DNA from: Anthoceros angustus
Taxonomy: Eukaryota; Plantae; Anthocerotophyta
Assembly: GCA_010909165.1 (NCBI GenBank)
Contig: VJWM01000011.1
Span: 806,001 to 870,000, forward strand
Direction: 5' to 3'
Length of the DNA stretch: 64,000 nucleotides
This document shows positions 47,506 through 61,986 of this stretch, piece after piece. Each line of letters opens with the position of its first letter. Within the stretch, counting starts at the first letter, position 1. The position numbers were made by a program, and so were the translations under genes. The notes beneath the pieces are model-generated. The model was not told the DNA's origin. It saw nothing but the letters and a program-made list of their open reading frames with translations, and did not search any database.

Positions 47506-50500
47506 ATCCGAGGACAAATGCTTTGTTGCTTTATGCCTGTCCCAATTTATTTATGCCTTTTTTTCCATTTGGCCATATTATTGACACAAACATTGCAGAA
47601 TTGCGCGAAGCACATATGTATGTACTCCTAGCATAGTTTTCTCACATATTCAAGAGTTGTGCGTCTTTCAGGTCATGGTTTAATGCATCATCCAACAGCA
47701 AGCTCCACATACATAGAGGGGAATAATAGTATGGCGAGGCAAGCATCTCTACTTGCTCGAGAAACCATGGCCTTTCACATAGGGCATGCATAAATATTGA
47801 TACTTTAATATTTGAGGCTAACAATTGATATGCATGAACAACGATCAAAGTTCGGTAGGGCAGGTTTTTGTGAAGGCATGAAGCGTCTCCACTCTATATC
47901 CAATGCTATGCATGCCACTCGAAACTAGAACCTTGTGAGCTCAATGTTTGGACAAGTTCAGAATGAGTCGGCTTGAGGTTTGAGTTGGATTAACTTGGAA
48001 TTTTGAGATTGTATTGGACATCACTTTTTGGGCTCTATTGAAAATGTAGTACACCGCATTGTACTACTGTCACTCTTATTTGTATCAGAAAGTTGCATAA
48101 TTTCAAAAATGTTTGAACCGTAAAGCCCCAATCTCGTAGCAATAGTTGCAGCTGCAATGGTGGCAATTAGATGCTCTGAAAAACTTATCGTCTTCTCCTT
48201 TGTAGCTTTCATATCTTGAGACATTTATTCTATAACATCAACGGCAAGAGTGATATGTGGATCATAACTTAGGCCTGCAACCTTCTTGCCTTTCCTAGCT
48301 TGCTTTGAATGACTACCTTCAGACCCCTGCTCCGTTGTGAGAACATTGTCTTGTCCACAAACTGTGTAGCCTGATGTGAGTCAGCATGAGCCTCACATAC
48401 CACATGGGCACTATGCTGCATGAATTGATCAACTGGGTCATACCATGCACAACATTCAGACCTAGCACTACATGAAACAGAAATTTGCTACCTTGGAAGT
48501 CTTGTAGTAATTGTAGATTGATTTTCATTTCCAACGACAAGCCTCTGCACAAACCATGGCCACCATATTCCACCTGGTTGAACCCACACAGTTACATACG
48601 TACTAGCAATGATGAGACACATTAGATGAAGATCACAACCAAGTACCTCTGGAAAACTACTTGGACTAGCTTTGGAAGTTTTGGATTTCTTCCTGGGTCT
48701 GGTAGAAGGTTTAATAGAAAGCACATAAGGGGCTTCTAGGTTCATTATACAGCCATTGCTGAACATGGATGTTGAATAGAAGTAGGTACGGAAGGACCTA
48801 CAAGGATTGTAGAAGGCATTTGGCTCAGGCTGCACAAGATGCGTAGACAAAGGCATGGTCCGGTGTTTTTATCGTTATGAAATCACACATTATTAGCCGG
48901 AACGCCTTTGGAAGAGGATTTAATGGGGGTTTTAGTAACATTCTAGGGTCGGACATACATTTTGGTTGTTCACCGGGCTGTCCTTTGTCCCGCTTGTTGT
49001 GTACAAGCCCTGCGGCGTGCGGTCGGAATCCTCCTCCTGGGGCCCACGGGTTACCATTTTCCGGCCCATTCGAAAGGTCAACAACTTTGCTATTGCCAAT
49101 TTCTTCGCCTTCTCCTCTCCTCGTGTAGGTTCTGTTCACAGGAGGAACACGTTGCTCAAACGTAAAAGGATATACATATTAGGCTTCTTTTCTGATGGGG
49201 CTGCGCTGATCAGTGGTGAGCTTGAGGGATCAGAGAGCTCCACCATCGCGTGTGCAACCGTGCATATCTTGCCTACAGCCTTTTCAGCCGGTGTGTAGGT
49301 TCTCACATGCCCCGTGGGAAGGCGAAGTGCCGGACTTGTGGAAGGCTACGTCACCATGCATGAAGCGATAACGCTCTAAATGATTCTTCCTACTCCACTC
49401 TGGTGCAGCAGCTACTGCCACCTCTCCGAGCTAGATAGGTCAGGTTGTTCCCCAGCCTCTATCCGAATCCATTTCCTTATCGTAGTTCGCACGTCACGCC
49501 CTTGCAGGTTCCCATCGAACATACAAACAAACCCTAGGCTGCGAGCCCCGGCTGGAGTCACTGCTCACTCAGCATGATCCGAGCTCTGTGCCTGTTAGCC
49601 GTAGTAGCCAAAACCACGTGCCCGGCATGAGCAGCCACGACGCCTAGCCTAGGGCTCGGTTTGCTCCATCCGATCCCAGACTCCGAGCCATAACAAGTCT
49701 ATCTTCTCCTCCCTTCCCTTCCCTTCCCTTCAAGCCACGCCACACCACAAACTGCAACTCCAGTTGTCGCCTACTGCACTCACGATGCATCAGCAAAGCG
49801 CACGGCTCCCTGATAAAATCCACCCCGACACCGGATTCCAATCCGGTAACTTTATGGCAGCAAACTTGGCAGCCGCCCCAAAGCTGGCGAGCTGGCACGC
49901 TCTCGGCAGCGGCAGTGTCTGCAGAGCTTTCCCGCCCCTGCCGACCCTATCCGCAGCCCGGCTACCCTATCCGCTTTCACACGCCTTTCTGTTGATAAAC
50001 GCGACCAACAGAAATAGCAAAACCCACCGATCCGTCCCGCCAATCACACGCCCTCATCGCGCTTCCGTGAGTTATCCCTTCCCCTCACGTTTTACAACTC
50101 GGGTAGCCCGCCCGCGGGTACGCAACCTGGTGGGTACATACATGATACGTTCGAGGAAAGGGCTGGTATTATATAGCACCGACCAGGGGCGGGGGCTCCT
50201 TATCCGTGGCCTGCACGTACACGGTACACGGGCCCAGCGCGGTTAGGTGGACGGATAGGGTGGTGCGGCTTCCCTGCCGCTCTTGCGCTCCTCTTTCTTT
50301 CCCGCTATCTGTCCCTGGCACACTCGGGGTCGAGGCGCGGCGAGCGCAGGCGAGGCCAGGCAAGGGCCAAGGCACGGCACGGCACAGCACAGCACAGCGC
50401 CCGCTGCGTCGTCGCCTCGTCGCCTGTCTGTCTCTTCACGCCACGCCGGCCCTGTAGCGCAAGCGGACCCGGCCTGCCCGCCCCTGTTGCTGGATGCGCG

Positions 50501-51307
50501 GCGAATCTTCTTCTCTTGCCCGTCTCGCACGCAGGGCAGGCCTGCGCGCTGCCGCACAGCAGCAGCAGTAGCAGCAGCGGCAGCAGCAGCGCGGGGGCCT
50601 GCAGCAGGAGTGGCATTGCACCGCACCGACCTGGGATTGCGGTGCGGCCTGGCGGGGATCGCGGCCTGGAGCTCGTGCGGAGGCTGCGGGCTCGGATCCC
50701 GAGGCACCGGGCTGGATCTTGGGAGCTGCCGGAAGCGCAATCTCGGCACGCTGCGGGCTGCCGGATCTGAAGAAGCCGGGGTTTGGCAGGAGGGAGCTTG
50801 GATCGCGGGCGGTTCGTAGTTGCTGCATTGCGAATTGTGGTGTAGGTGGTGAGGAGGGTTTCGGAGGGCAGGGGGATTCAGGGAATGAGGTGATTCCGGG
50901 GAGGAGGGCGGGGGATTGTGTGCGGGTGTGTGTGTTTGTGTGTCGCGGAGGGGGAGCCGGTTCCCAGGTTTTGGTCTGTTGGAGACGAGGTTTGTGCGGA
51001 GGTTGTTTGGACGTGGATTTCTGTCTTGTCCTTCCGAGCCCGTGTTTCTTGAAATATCCGGCGCTGCTGGTGTTAGGGCAAGAGCTTCGTGTTTCGAATG
51101 GTCTCCATCATGATTTCACATTGGCGTAGGGTTTAGTGGATGGAATTGCTTTGGACGACAGGGTTTTAGTGGATATTACTCTGGTATGAGAGGGTTGCGT
51201 GGTTAGTGAGAGTTAGTCGAGGTAGCGGAAGGCAAGGGCAGGGTAGCGGAAGGCGGGGCAGGGTAGCGGAATTCGAGAACCGTAATACTCCTGCGAGGGA
51301 AGGGAAG

Positions 51308-53167
51308 ATGTTGGCCACACAGGAAGCCTTTTCGGCCTTCATGAAGCCGCAGTATGTGCAAACCTGTGTTGCTGTGATGGTTAACCTGGTGCCGTTCTGG
51401 CTGGCTCTATCGGTGGGCTTGATTGTCGGGTGGATTTGGCAGCCGAGATGGGTTAGCTTGTTCCTGTTGGGACTCAGGAACAGGCCGAGGTTGGTGTGGA
51501 GCACTCCACCGGGATTTGGAGCTCGGCGGTTCTGGCTTGCTGTCACGGCTTTGTCTGCCTATCCCTTCCTTCGGGGTGCTTGGCAAAAGTTCAGCAGGTG
51601 GATGTGGCCACGTGAAAAGGAGGTTGGGCAACCTAGGTACTGTTTCAGCCTGACTTTGATTGTGACAATGATGTATTGTATACTGTTGAAGTTGGTTGAG
51701 TGTGTTGTAGGCGCTGACCTTGAAAGTTCAGTTCATTTGCTGTACATTGTGAAGTGGAGTAGCTGATGAGCCGTCGACGCTTGCAGACCTACTGCAAGCA
51801 TCAGGGCCGAAGTTCCAGTAACGAGTGAGGACCTGCAGAACTTCATCAAGTTGTTGGAGGGCAATGATGGTGGAGCCCCTTGGCAAATGATGATGGATCG
51901 GTCAACTAGTGGGATGGCATACCAAGCATGGCGGCGCGAGCCTCTGGTACTTTTGTAATCTGCTGTTATTTGTACAACATGGAGGGTTTGAGGCTGTTGA
52001 GACGAATCACTGTTGTCTTACCAGATTTCTGAACTGCTCGTCCTCCCTCTTGTAGGATAATGGGCCAACGGAGTACCGGAGCAGGACAGTTCTTGAAGAT
52101 GTAACCCCTATGATGATGAGGGACTTCTTCTGGGATGATGAGTTTCGTTGTGAGTGGGATGACATGCTTATCTACTCTAAGACATGGGAACAATGTGAAG
52201 CCACGGGCTCAATGATAGTTCAGTGGGTTCGGAAGGTATGGAACTGTCTCTTTGAGTGGATGGATGATACGGGTAGGTCTCGAAGGACCGATTTTCAAGA
52301 CATTGAACCTGTTGTGCATACTGTTTCATAGTATCCGTTCTTCTGCAAAGATCGGGAGTACATTGTCGGTCGTCGCATTTGGGAGTCGGAAGATGTTTAT
52401 TTTTGCATTATGAAGGTATGGCTCTGAGATCAGCTCCTGGGTCCCTTGTTTCGTAAACTTGTCCCTTTCCTTATTGCTTTTCGACGAGTCATATGAACTG
52501 CACTAACCCGTTACCTGCATGTGCCCCCCAGGGTGTCCCCTATGAAGGTATCCCCAGGCGTAACAGTCCTAGGCGGGTGGACAAAATGTACTCAAGCTTT
52601 CGCATCAGAGCAGGTAACCAGTTGTTTTGCCTTGGAGCATCTGTGGTGAGACGAGGAAGTTGCATACTTGAGATCATTTAGCAAGGTGCTTGTGCTCAAA
52701 GCCGTTCCATCCTGAATGCAGTGGAGTCAAGAAGAGGAGACGGACAGCTTACAGCCTGTGAAGTCATGCTGTTTCACCATGAGGAAATGGGAATTCAGAG
52801 GGATCTGGCCAAGCTTGGCGTGCGACAGGGCATGTGGGGATGTGTTAAGAAAATGGAGCCCGGTATTCGCAAGTATCAAGCCTCTCGCAAGCTCGGAGAG
52901 CCCTTATCCGGCAGTGCCATGATGGCTCAGATCAACACAACGCTTTGCCTGACAGAGTTAAGGGAGCTAGGTCTGACGGTCGCGGACCGCCAGGAGATTG
53001 AGGTTGACGGTGCTGAGAGCGAGCAACCCTGTCAAGGAAACGCTTTAAAGTGGGCTATTCTGGGTGGCGCCGTCTTTCTTGCGTGCACCGTTGATAGGGG
53101 AGCTGTTGGGAAAGTGCTGGTGTTTGGTCTAGCGAGAAGGCTTGGCAGGATTGGTCGGAGGTTGTAG
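51308..53167 (+). CDS. Membrane-associated START-domain protein
   Basis: PFWLALSVGLIVGWIWQPRW, YQAWRREP, RDFFWDDEFR, YPFFCKDREY, AKLGVRQGMWGCVKK. Confidence 0.92.
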
Positions 53168-53692
53168 AGTACCTGACAGGTTGCTACGGCAGCCATGTTT
53201 GTACGTGTATTTTTAGGCTCAGCTTCATTGGCTCTGTTTTGGGTAAAACAGGGGTAGTTCAGGCCATTCGTCTAATTTGTCCACAGGCGGGCTCCAAAAG
53301 GTTGGATATGCGCCAGAATTGTGTTTCTCGACTCCAGCTAACTATTAACCCTGGACATTGATTTGCACCCATTTGCTCAACTACACTCGGGCAGATTGTC
53401 GCAGGGTGGTTTGTCAGGCTCTTGTCAAACCATGTAGGTACATATTTAGAGCCACTAACAACAATATGTGTTTCCGTGATACATTAATGTCATACAAAAT
53501 CTGATCCAATCAGAAGCTCAGGAAAGACTCGAGATTTGTACTCCATGTCCCTAATGAAACAGTTGTTTCAAAATCTTGGTTTCCCTTCGATGAATTGAGT
53601 CTTCCTCAGATCCCTGTTTGTCTGAAACGTGTTTCTTATCCTCGTCGCCGAGACTTGGTGTCTCAAGACTTGCTCAGAGTTCGACCAAGAGG

Positions 53693-55152
53693 CTATGTTC
53701 GTACGTGAACTCGTGGAAGGCCACCCTGACGTATGTGTCCAAGGCATTTACTTTCCTGATTCCAACTGTGGCGCTGGGAAAAGGTGCGCTTGCTTTTGCA
53801 TCCTGCCAGAGTGCACTGGGACTTGGCTCTATGCTTAAGATTGGGACGCTTGACATAGTAGTGCAGCTCTCCGCTCTCGACTCCATACACGTCCACCTGA
53901 ATCACAAGCAGAGGCTTCACAAAGGCGGTGCAACTGCAGAAATGGGAGATTTGTGTTTGACTATACCTTGCCACAGAGATGAGCTGCCAGAGCAATCCCG
54001 AAGAATCCCGCAGACATCTTCCGCAGAGACTTGTCCCAAGGCACCGCAGGTTGGTCGTAGGCATCATGCTCTACAACAATCGAACTCAACTGCCAGTAAG
54101 CCATGGCATACAACAGCATTTCGCTGGTAGCATTGATGGGTCGACAATGAAACGCATTCCTACAACTTGGGGCCATGAGCTCAAACGTGTTCAGTTCTTG
54201 TGTGACGTGATCGACAGGAGGTGCAGCAGCAGCAGGAGTTTTGCATGTGCTATCCTTACTTGGCTGCCATCTCGATGTGCCCATTCTTCCTCTCTTTCGT
54301 GGTGTAGCGGAAGCAAAACTCAGCCGGATGTTCCCTGAATCCGCAGTAGATTACGTTCTGGATGCGGAGAGTAGTTCTGGAACCCACCCATTTCTCAAAC
54401 CCTTGCGTCGGTGCATCGTTGAATCTGATCACCACCGAGTGCTCATCTATTTCCGTGCCCAACAAACGCCCGGAATCTTTGAGCACAGACGAGCTGCTGC
54501 CCACTACAGCGCATGTACTGAAATCCGTGATGTCCTGGATGTTGCTCCAAAGACTTCGTGCATTTCCTGCTGAGGAGCTGTTAACCTGCAGGATTCCTCC
54601 TGGCAAGGAGATGTTCCGCCGCTGTGCAAACAGCGGCAACCTGCGGCTGGTGATGGGCGTGATGCATCCGGCAGCCATGCCTGGAGTTGGAGTCCGGCAC
54701 ACACTGTCACCAGAATACAAAACCGGGCAAACACAAGCCTCCAGCACGCACAGCTTCTCGCCCGGGCAGTCTGCCGTCCCTCGACACCCGCGCTCCAAAC
54801 CTGCTTCTGGAACCGAGCCCGGAGGCAGAAGAGGTGCCAGAGCCTGCTCGGCAGGTGATGCCTCTCCTTCACTCTGCACCTCCCCCTGGACAGGTGCTCT
54901 GGACCTGGTATGCAGATCGATGGCTTTCTGCATCACGCTGAAGTCCAAGCCACGAACACCCCCGATTCCACAGTCATTGCTCAGGCACCACACTGCTTCC
55001 TTCGCCCTGAACACCAGCATGCAAGCCACCGCAACAACCGTAGCAAGGAACACCTTCTTGGTGAAGCTGCTCCTCCACAACCCACCGCTCTTGGCTGCTG
55101 CATCCTGCCATTGCTGAGTACCAGGCACGCTGCTCTGCATCTTATCCCTCAT
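53693..55152 (-). CDS. GT29 sialyltransferase-like type II membrane protein (3 exons)
   Basis: Sialylmotif L (CAVVGSS...[13 protein letters not shown]...VGSRTT), S ([21 protein letters not shown]), III (HYY), VS (HSWNQE). Confidence 0.9.
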
Positions 55153-55569
55153 CTTGGCACTCACCCACTGCACCCACAGCCATCGATTAGGACATCCTCT
55201 CCTTCCTCCTCAACCCACAACTTTGCATCACAATCCATTCATCTTTGCAGATCTTGCTCCCGCCAGAGCATCTGCTGCTTCTCAAGAGCCTGTAAGCCAT
55301 GCTCACCTATCACCCCTAATGCTTCCCCGCCCCCAAGTTGGTGCACCAAACCATGCTCCGTCATCCCAGCTCATCTCTCATCATCTTTTAGCCCGTTAGC
55401 TGCTAAGACATCTCGTTACAAGAAGATGGATGGAGTGTGGGGTGCATTGCATCTGGAGCCTGATCCAGTCTGTTAACCAAACAGTGGGGCCCAAACCATC
55501 CAGCTCTCGAGTGTCCACACTTGGGTTGTTTACTCCACAGCTAGCCTAACAGGAGCTAGCAGCGCAGCA

Positions 55570-57108
<1,539 letters not shown>

Positions 57109-57659
57109 GATCACAAATCTTTTGTTCCATAACAATTTTGCTTTAGCTCCAGGACAGAACACAAATATTGTGCAGCTAGCTAATGGTTCCATCAACGCCA
57201 CACAATTTTTCCTCCTCCGTGAATGTGATGCAGCTCCTTAGGATTCCTTGCCACGGCACGCACTTGTTCATCAACGCCAGAATCGACACGCACTTGTTCA
57301 TGACCCCCTGAATCAGCCGCGTGTAACCTAGCGTGGCTGCATGTCATGGGTCCTGTGACATGCAAACCGAACATCATACCTGTCACTTGTTCAGCTTCGC
57401 TCCACCCAGTAGAAATCCCTGGGACCCAGTTTCTGTGTTGCGAAGCAAGGCTGATTTCCGATTCAAGGACCAAAACGCTCCTCTCCACCAGCCTTTGTGG
57501 AGAGCATCGCTGCATAAGGTAGTCGATTTTGCTGACGTGAGCGATAGAGCCCCTTCTTGCTGGTCCGCATCCCATGAGCTTAGTACGCAGTTTTCACCCA
57601 ACGGGATGTTTGCTGGTGCTGAATTGTATACAGAGTACAAGTGCTGTTTACACGACACC

Positions 57660-57872
57660 ATGTCGCAAGCGCACAAGGAGACGAAGAAGGGGTCGGAAGC
57701 AGGGCAACCTGTGGACCCGGAAGCTTCTCGGAAGGAGCTGCAGGAGAGGGCCAGTCAAGGCGAGACTGTGATCAAGGGGGGCACCGGAGGGAAGACTCTC
57801 GAGGCTCAGGAGAACCTTGCAAAGGGTAGAAGCAAAGGGGGTCAGTCTGAGGGCACGCCCACCGGGAAGTGA
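57660..57872 (+). CDS. Em-like group 1 LEA protein (70 aa)
   Basis: [36 protein letters not shown]. Confidence 0.93.
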   Translation: MSQAHKETKKGSEAGQPVDPEASRKELQERASQGETVIKGGTGGKTLEAQENLAKGRSKGGQSEGTPTGK

Positions 57873-58491
57873 CAGCCCACACCACCAACCTTGTTGGACA
57901 TGTACAGGATGCCATGTTTGTTCACTCAGTTCTAGGAAGAGTGGTTTTGATGTAACAAATCACAGTGTTTGAAAATTTGAATCAGTTAACAGCTTCCTCC
58001 TGCCAATCTTGTGTTGCGCCACAGATTCAGCCTGCTGTGTAAGCAGGTGATGAAAGATCCCAAACTGAGACGCCGTCAATCTGACAATCCGATTTCAACA
58101 GCATCTCAGTTTGGGAACTTGGATCGCCTAATTCACAGTGTGAATCTGTACACTGCTGTCTTCCGTAGCACCGCATGCCCAGGGCCCTCGGTCGATTGAT
58201 GCCAAGACGTTGGGCTAGCCTTGCGTAGTTCGAAGTCTCGTCGAGTCTTCACCGTTTTCACTCAGGGTCCATTTGGGCGGTGGATCATTTGGCATCTATG
58301 CCCGTCAACCCGTAGCCTGACCCCTGTTGCCGGCATCCTGTATCCTTGTTTAAACATAAAGCAAGGTTGGATCAGAGACATATCGAAAGGCAAAATTAAA
58401 TTGCTGAAAACCAATAATTTACCGAAACGTGCACAGGACAGTAACCGTGCTTAAACATGTTGCACCCATTGCAGAAACCGTGCAAATGCGG

Positions 58492-61296
58492 TCATTGCGA
58501 CGTGTGGTGAGTATCATTGCACGCCTCCTCCATTTGCAGCTGTACGCTGACCTTCAATAGCACGTCGCACAGTTGTGCATACTCGGCGTGCTGGCGGTCT
58601 CCTATTGCAAAGTAGTGGACTACTTGCTCGTGCTCAATCCAGCTCTGCCCAGGCTTCTTCCAGGCACCTTCTTTCTGTCTCAACATTTGCACCTCCTTCG
58701 CATGCTCCAGCAGTCCAGCATCAGCATAGATGTGGGCCATCATCACATATGCGGATGGATGTTGCGGCTTTAGCTGCACTGCGCACCCAAAGGCATGCTC
58801 TCCCATCTCCACATTGCCATGATTCCGACAGGCACCCAGCAGACACAACCACATGGCCAGGTCAGGCTGCATTTGCATTGTCGACAAGAGATGCTTGACC
58901 CTCGAGAAGCATCCGGCTCTCCCAAACAGGTCTACCATGCTCACATAATGCTCGATCTCTGGAGCAATGCAAAAATCTTTGCTCATTGATTCAAAGTACT
59001 CCACACCTTTGTCAACTAGTCCAGCATGGCTGCACGCGGAGAGCAGAGAAAGGAATGTGACCTCATCTGGAATGACATCCGCCAGCCTCATTTTCTCGTA
59101 ACATTCAAAGGCTTCTTCAGCACAGCCATGCTGAGCATATCCACCAATCAAGGCTGTCCATGTAACCACATCTCTTTTTTGCATCCCATCAAAGATACTG
59201 CGGGCATCCTGTAGGCTTCCACATTTCGCATACATGTCCACCAGGCAGTTGCCGATGATGAGGTCACTTTCCCAGCCTCGGTCCTGAATCTCAGAATGAA
59301 GCTGCCTTCCCTGTTGTAAAGCTCCAACACTTGAGCATGCTTTCAACAGGCAGATGTATGTGATGTGATCGGGTGGAGTGAGGCCCTCCTGTAGCATTCT
59401 TTCATACAGAGAAAGGGCTTCTCGACCGAGGCCATGCTCAGCATATCCAGCAATCATCGCAGTCCACGTCACCACATCTTTTCTAGCCAGTCCATCAAAC
59501 GCACTTCGAGCATCCTCTATGCTGCCACACTTTGCGAACATGTCCACCAGGCAATTGCCAATAACCACATCAGCTTCAAAACCTCGAACCTGAATTTCGC
59601 GCTGCAGTTGTTTACCCATCTGTACAGCCCTGACATGGGCACAGGCTTTCAAGAGGCAGGCAAACGTAATAGGGTCAGGGAGAACAACACCCTCCTGTTG
59701 CATAATAGCATAGATATTGAGGGATTCTTCACCAAGCCCATTCTGGACGTATCCTGCAAGCATCACATTCCATGTCACCACATCTCTTGCAGGCAAATTA
59801 TCAAAAGTATTGCGAGCCTCCTCAACACTACCACATTTTGCATACATGTCTACCAGGCAGCTTCCAACACCTAAATCTGCTTCCAAACCTCGCTCCTGTA
59901 TCTTGGAATGAAGCCTCCTGCCCTCTCTGAGAGCTCCAATGCTGGAACAAGCTTTCAACAGGCACACGAATGTTACATTGTTGGGTGCCGTGATAGCCTC
60001 CTGTTGCATTGTTGCGTACAGGGTAAGAGCCTCTTGACCAAGCCCATGCTGGGCATATCCTGCAATCATCGAAGTCCATGAGGCAACATCCCTTGTGGAC
60101 AATCTATCAAATACCTGACGCGCATCCCCTAAGTTGCCACATTTGGCAAACATGTCCACCAGGGAGTTGCCAATAAATACGTCACCCTCGAGTCCTTGGT
60201 CCTGTATGTGTGCGTAAAGCTGCTTCCCCTGATGCAAAGCTCCCATACTGGCACATGCTCTCAGCAGGCAGATAAATGTAACATGATCAGCTGGCATAAG
60301 GCCATCCTCTTGTTGCATCCTTACGTAGAGATCAAGGGCTTCCTGACCCAAACCGTGCTGGGCATAACCTGTTATCAAAGCGTTCCATGATACAATATTT
60401 CTCACAGGCATGGAGTCAAATAATCTTCGAGCGTCCTCCAAGCTTCCACATTTTGCATAGCCCGCAATCATTGCAGTCCATGTGACGACATCTTTTGTTG
60501 GCAATGCATCAAACACGCCGCGAGCTTCCCCCAAGCTGCCACATTTGGCATACATATCCACCAGGGAGTTACCAACAAAGATATCAGGCTGAACTGCACT
60601 CCTCAAAACATCAGCATGTACCTGCTTGCCTGATGCCAAGTCTGCAGCGCTAGCACAGGCTTTCAGCACTGCCACAAATACATGGTTATCCGGCTTGACA
60701 CTAGACTCTTGCATCCGTCGATAAAGCCTCATAACCTCCCCAGGCTGTCCATGTTCAGCGTGTGCCCAGATGATAGAAAACCACATGAAACCATTGGGTG
60801 CCTCTAATTTGTGAAACACCTGCAATGCTTCCTCCAACCTGCCATGACAAGCATACATGCGGATGATGTGGTTTGCCACGAACGTGTTACAGTCGTACCC
60901 GCTCCTTGACGCGAGAAGATGAGCACGCCTCCCAGCGACCGCATCCTTTTGTCCCATGCACCGTTTAAGCAGACAGTAAAGGTGAGCAGCAGAAACATAA
61001 GCTCCCTTCTCCACGAAAAGGTCCAAGGCGTCGATGGCCTCATTGAGTTCTCCATTCGCTGCCTTCCTGGTCGGAGCCAAACAACAGAAAAGCCTCCTTA
61101 TGCTGTGCAGGCCCGCTCGCATAGCGGACGAAGAAGCTGCGATGGAGTGCAGATGCCCAGGCCCTGGCAGGTGCCCAGCATTTTCCCTCACCCAAGCAGA
61201 TTTTTGGACGTACAAGGTGCACTTATAGGTCGAATAGTACCCTAGGTTGTACCGTAGGTGGCTGGAACAGTGGAAAGCTTGCACAATTGTGCACAT
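58492..61296 (-). CDS. PLS-class PPR protein, E1-E2-E+, no DYW deaminase core (alternative start 61122)
   Basis: About 21 P/L/S motifs including one SS; KKPGQSWIE PG box; stops before any HxE/CxxC motif. Confidence 0.93.
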   Translation of the reverse strand: MCTIVQAFHCSSHLRYNLGYYSTYKCTLYVQKSAWVRENAGHLPGPGHLHSIAASSSAMRAGLHSIRRLFCCLAPTRKAANGELNEAIDALDLFVEKGAYVSAAHLYCLLKRCMGQKDAVAGRRAHLLASRSGYDCNTFVANHIIRMYACHGRLEEALQVFHKLEAPNGFMWFSIIWAHAEHGQPGEVMRLYRRMQESSVKPDNHVFVAVLKACASAADLASGKQVHADVLRSAVQPDIFVGNSLVDMYAKCGSLGEARGVFDALPTKDVVTWTAMIAGYAKCGSLEDARRLFDSMPVRNIVSWNALITGYAQHGLGQEALDLYVRMQQEDGLMPADHVTFICLLRACASMGALHQGKQLYAHIQDQGLEGDVFIGNSLVDMFAKCGNLGDARQVFDRLSTRDVASWTSMIAGYAQHGLGQEALTLYATMQQEAITAPNNVTFVCLLKACSSIGALREGRRLHSKIQERGLEADLGVGSCLVDMYAKCGSVEEARNTFDNLPARDVVTWNVMLAGYVQNGLGEESLNIYAIMQQEGVVLPDPITFACLLKACAHVRAVQMGKQLQREIQVRGFEADVVIGNCLVDMFAKCGSIEDARSAFDGLARKDVVTWTAMIAGYAEHGLGREALSLYERMLQEGLTPPDHITYICLLKACSSVGALQQGRQLHSEIQDRGWESDLIIGNCLVDMYAKCGSLQDARSIFDGMQKRDVVTWTALIGGYAQHGCAEEAFECYEKMRLADVIPDEVTFLSLLSACSHAGLVDKGVEYFESMSKDFCIAPEIEHYVSMVDLFGRAGCFSRVKHLLSTMQMQPDLAMWLCLLGACRNHGNVEMGEHAFGCAVQLKPQHPSAYVMMAHIYADAGLLEHAKEVQMLRQKEGAWKKPGQSWIEHEQVVHYFAIGDRQHAEYAQLCDVLLKVSVQLQMEEACNDTHHTSQ

Positions 61297-61986
61297 ACGT
61301 GAGGTCAATGGTATGTACAAGGCAGCTCATGAGAAGGTTCATCACTGTGTTCCCTCAGCACGTTGCAACCTCCACCTGGGTCAACACCTGTTTGAACCTG
61401 TGTACAACTTGGGGCCCTCGGGCTGTGTGGCCAGAATGTAGTACCAACGGTCCAGTACGTGCTGGAAACACAATTGGCACTCGCAACTCGATTTGTTTGG
61501 CCCCTCTCCCCTTGGACCTTGGACCGGTTCTGTAGTGAATCGAGTTGTACCCACCAATCTCTTGTTGACAGCACTACCCCATCCAAGATCCTGGACACCG
61601 TCCCTTCTGAGTCGGAGCGGAGGGCGCGGGATGGAGGCACGTAGGTAGACCAGGGCTGTTGAAGTAGGTGGAGTGGTTGATGCACAGCTGTCCTCCTTGG
61701 GTGCGAGATCGCTTCAACTTTGTAGAAGATCTTCCTTCTGGTTCTGACTTGGGTTGAGTGCAGACTTCCTTTCATCGTCTTCAGCTGCTCCGAAACCTGA
61801 TGAAGATCCTGCCTGGAGTTCTGGTGGATTGGGACCTTGGTTGGGTGGCATACTTAGCCTAGATGCCCAAATTGGAACTGTAGCTGTCTATCCACAGACA
61901 GAAGCATCTGGACACGACAGTGAAAGGCATGAGAAGAAGTAATAAGGCAGCCGTCTGAACAATTGGCGGGATTGCAGGCTGTGGGC

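Noticed and set aside
50200-50900. Overlapping GC-rich ORFs, one signal-peptide-like, with a CAG tract
   Set aside because: More simply the GC-rich 5' leader of the START gene; no recognisable domain.
54362-55117. 251-aa + strand ORF
   Set aside because: Antisense shadow of GT29 exon 1.
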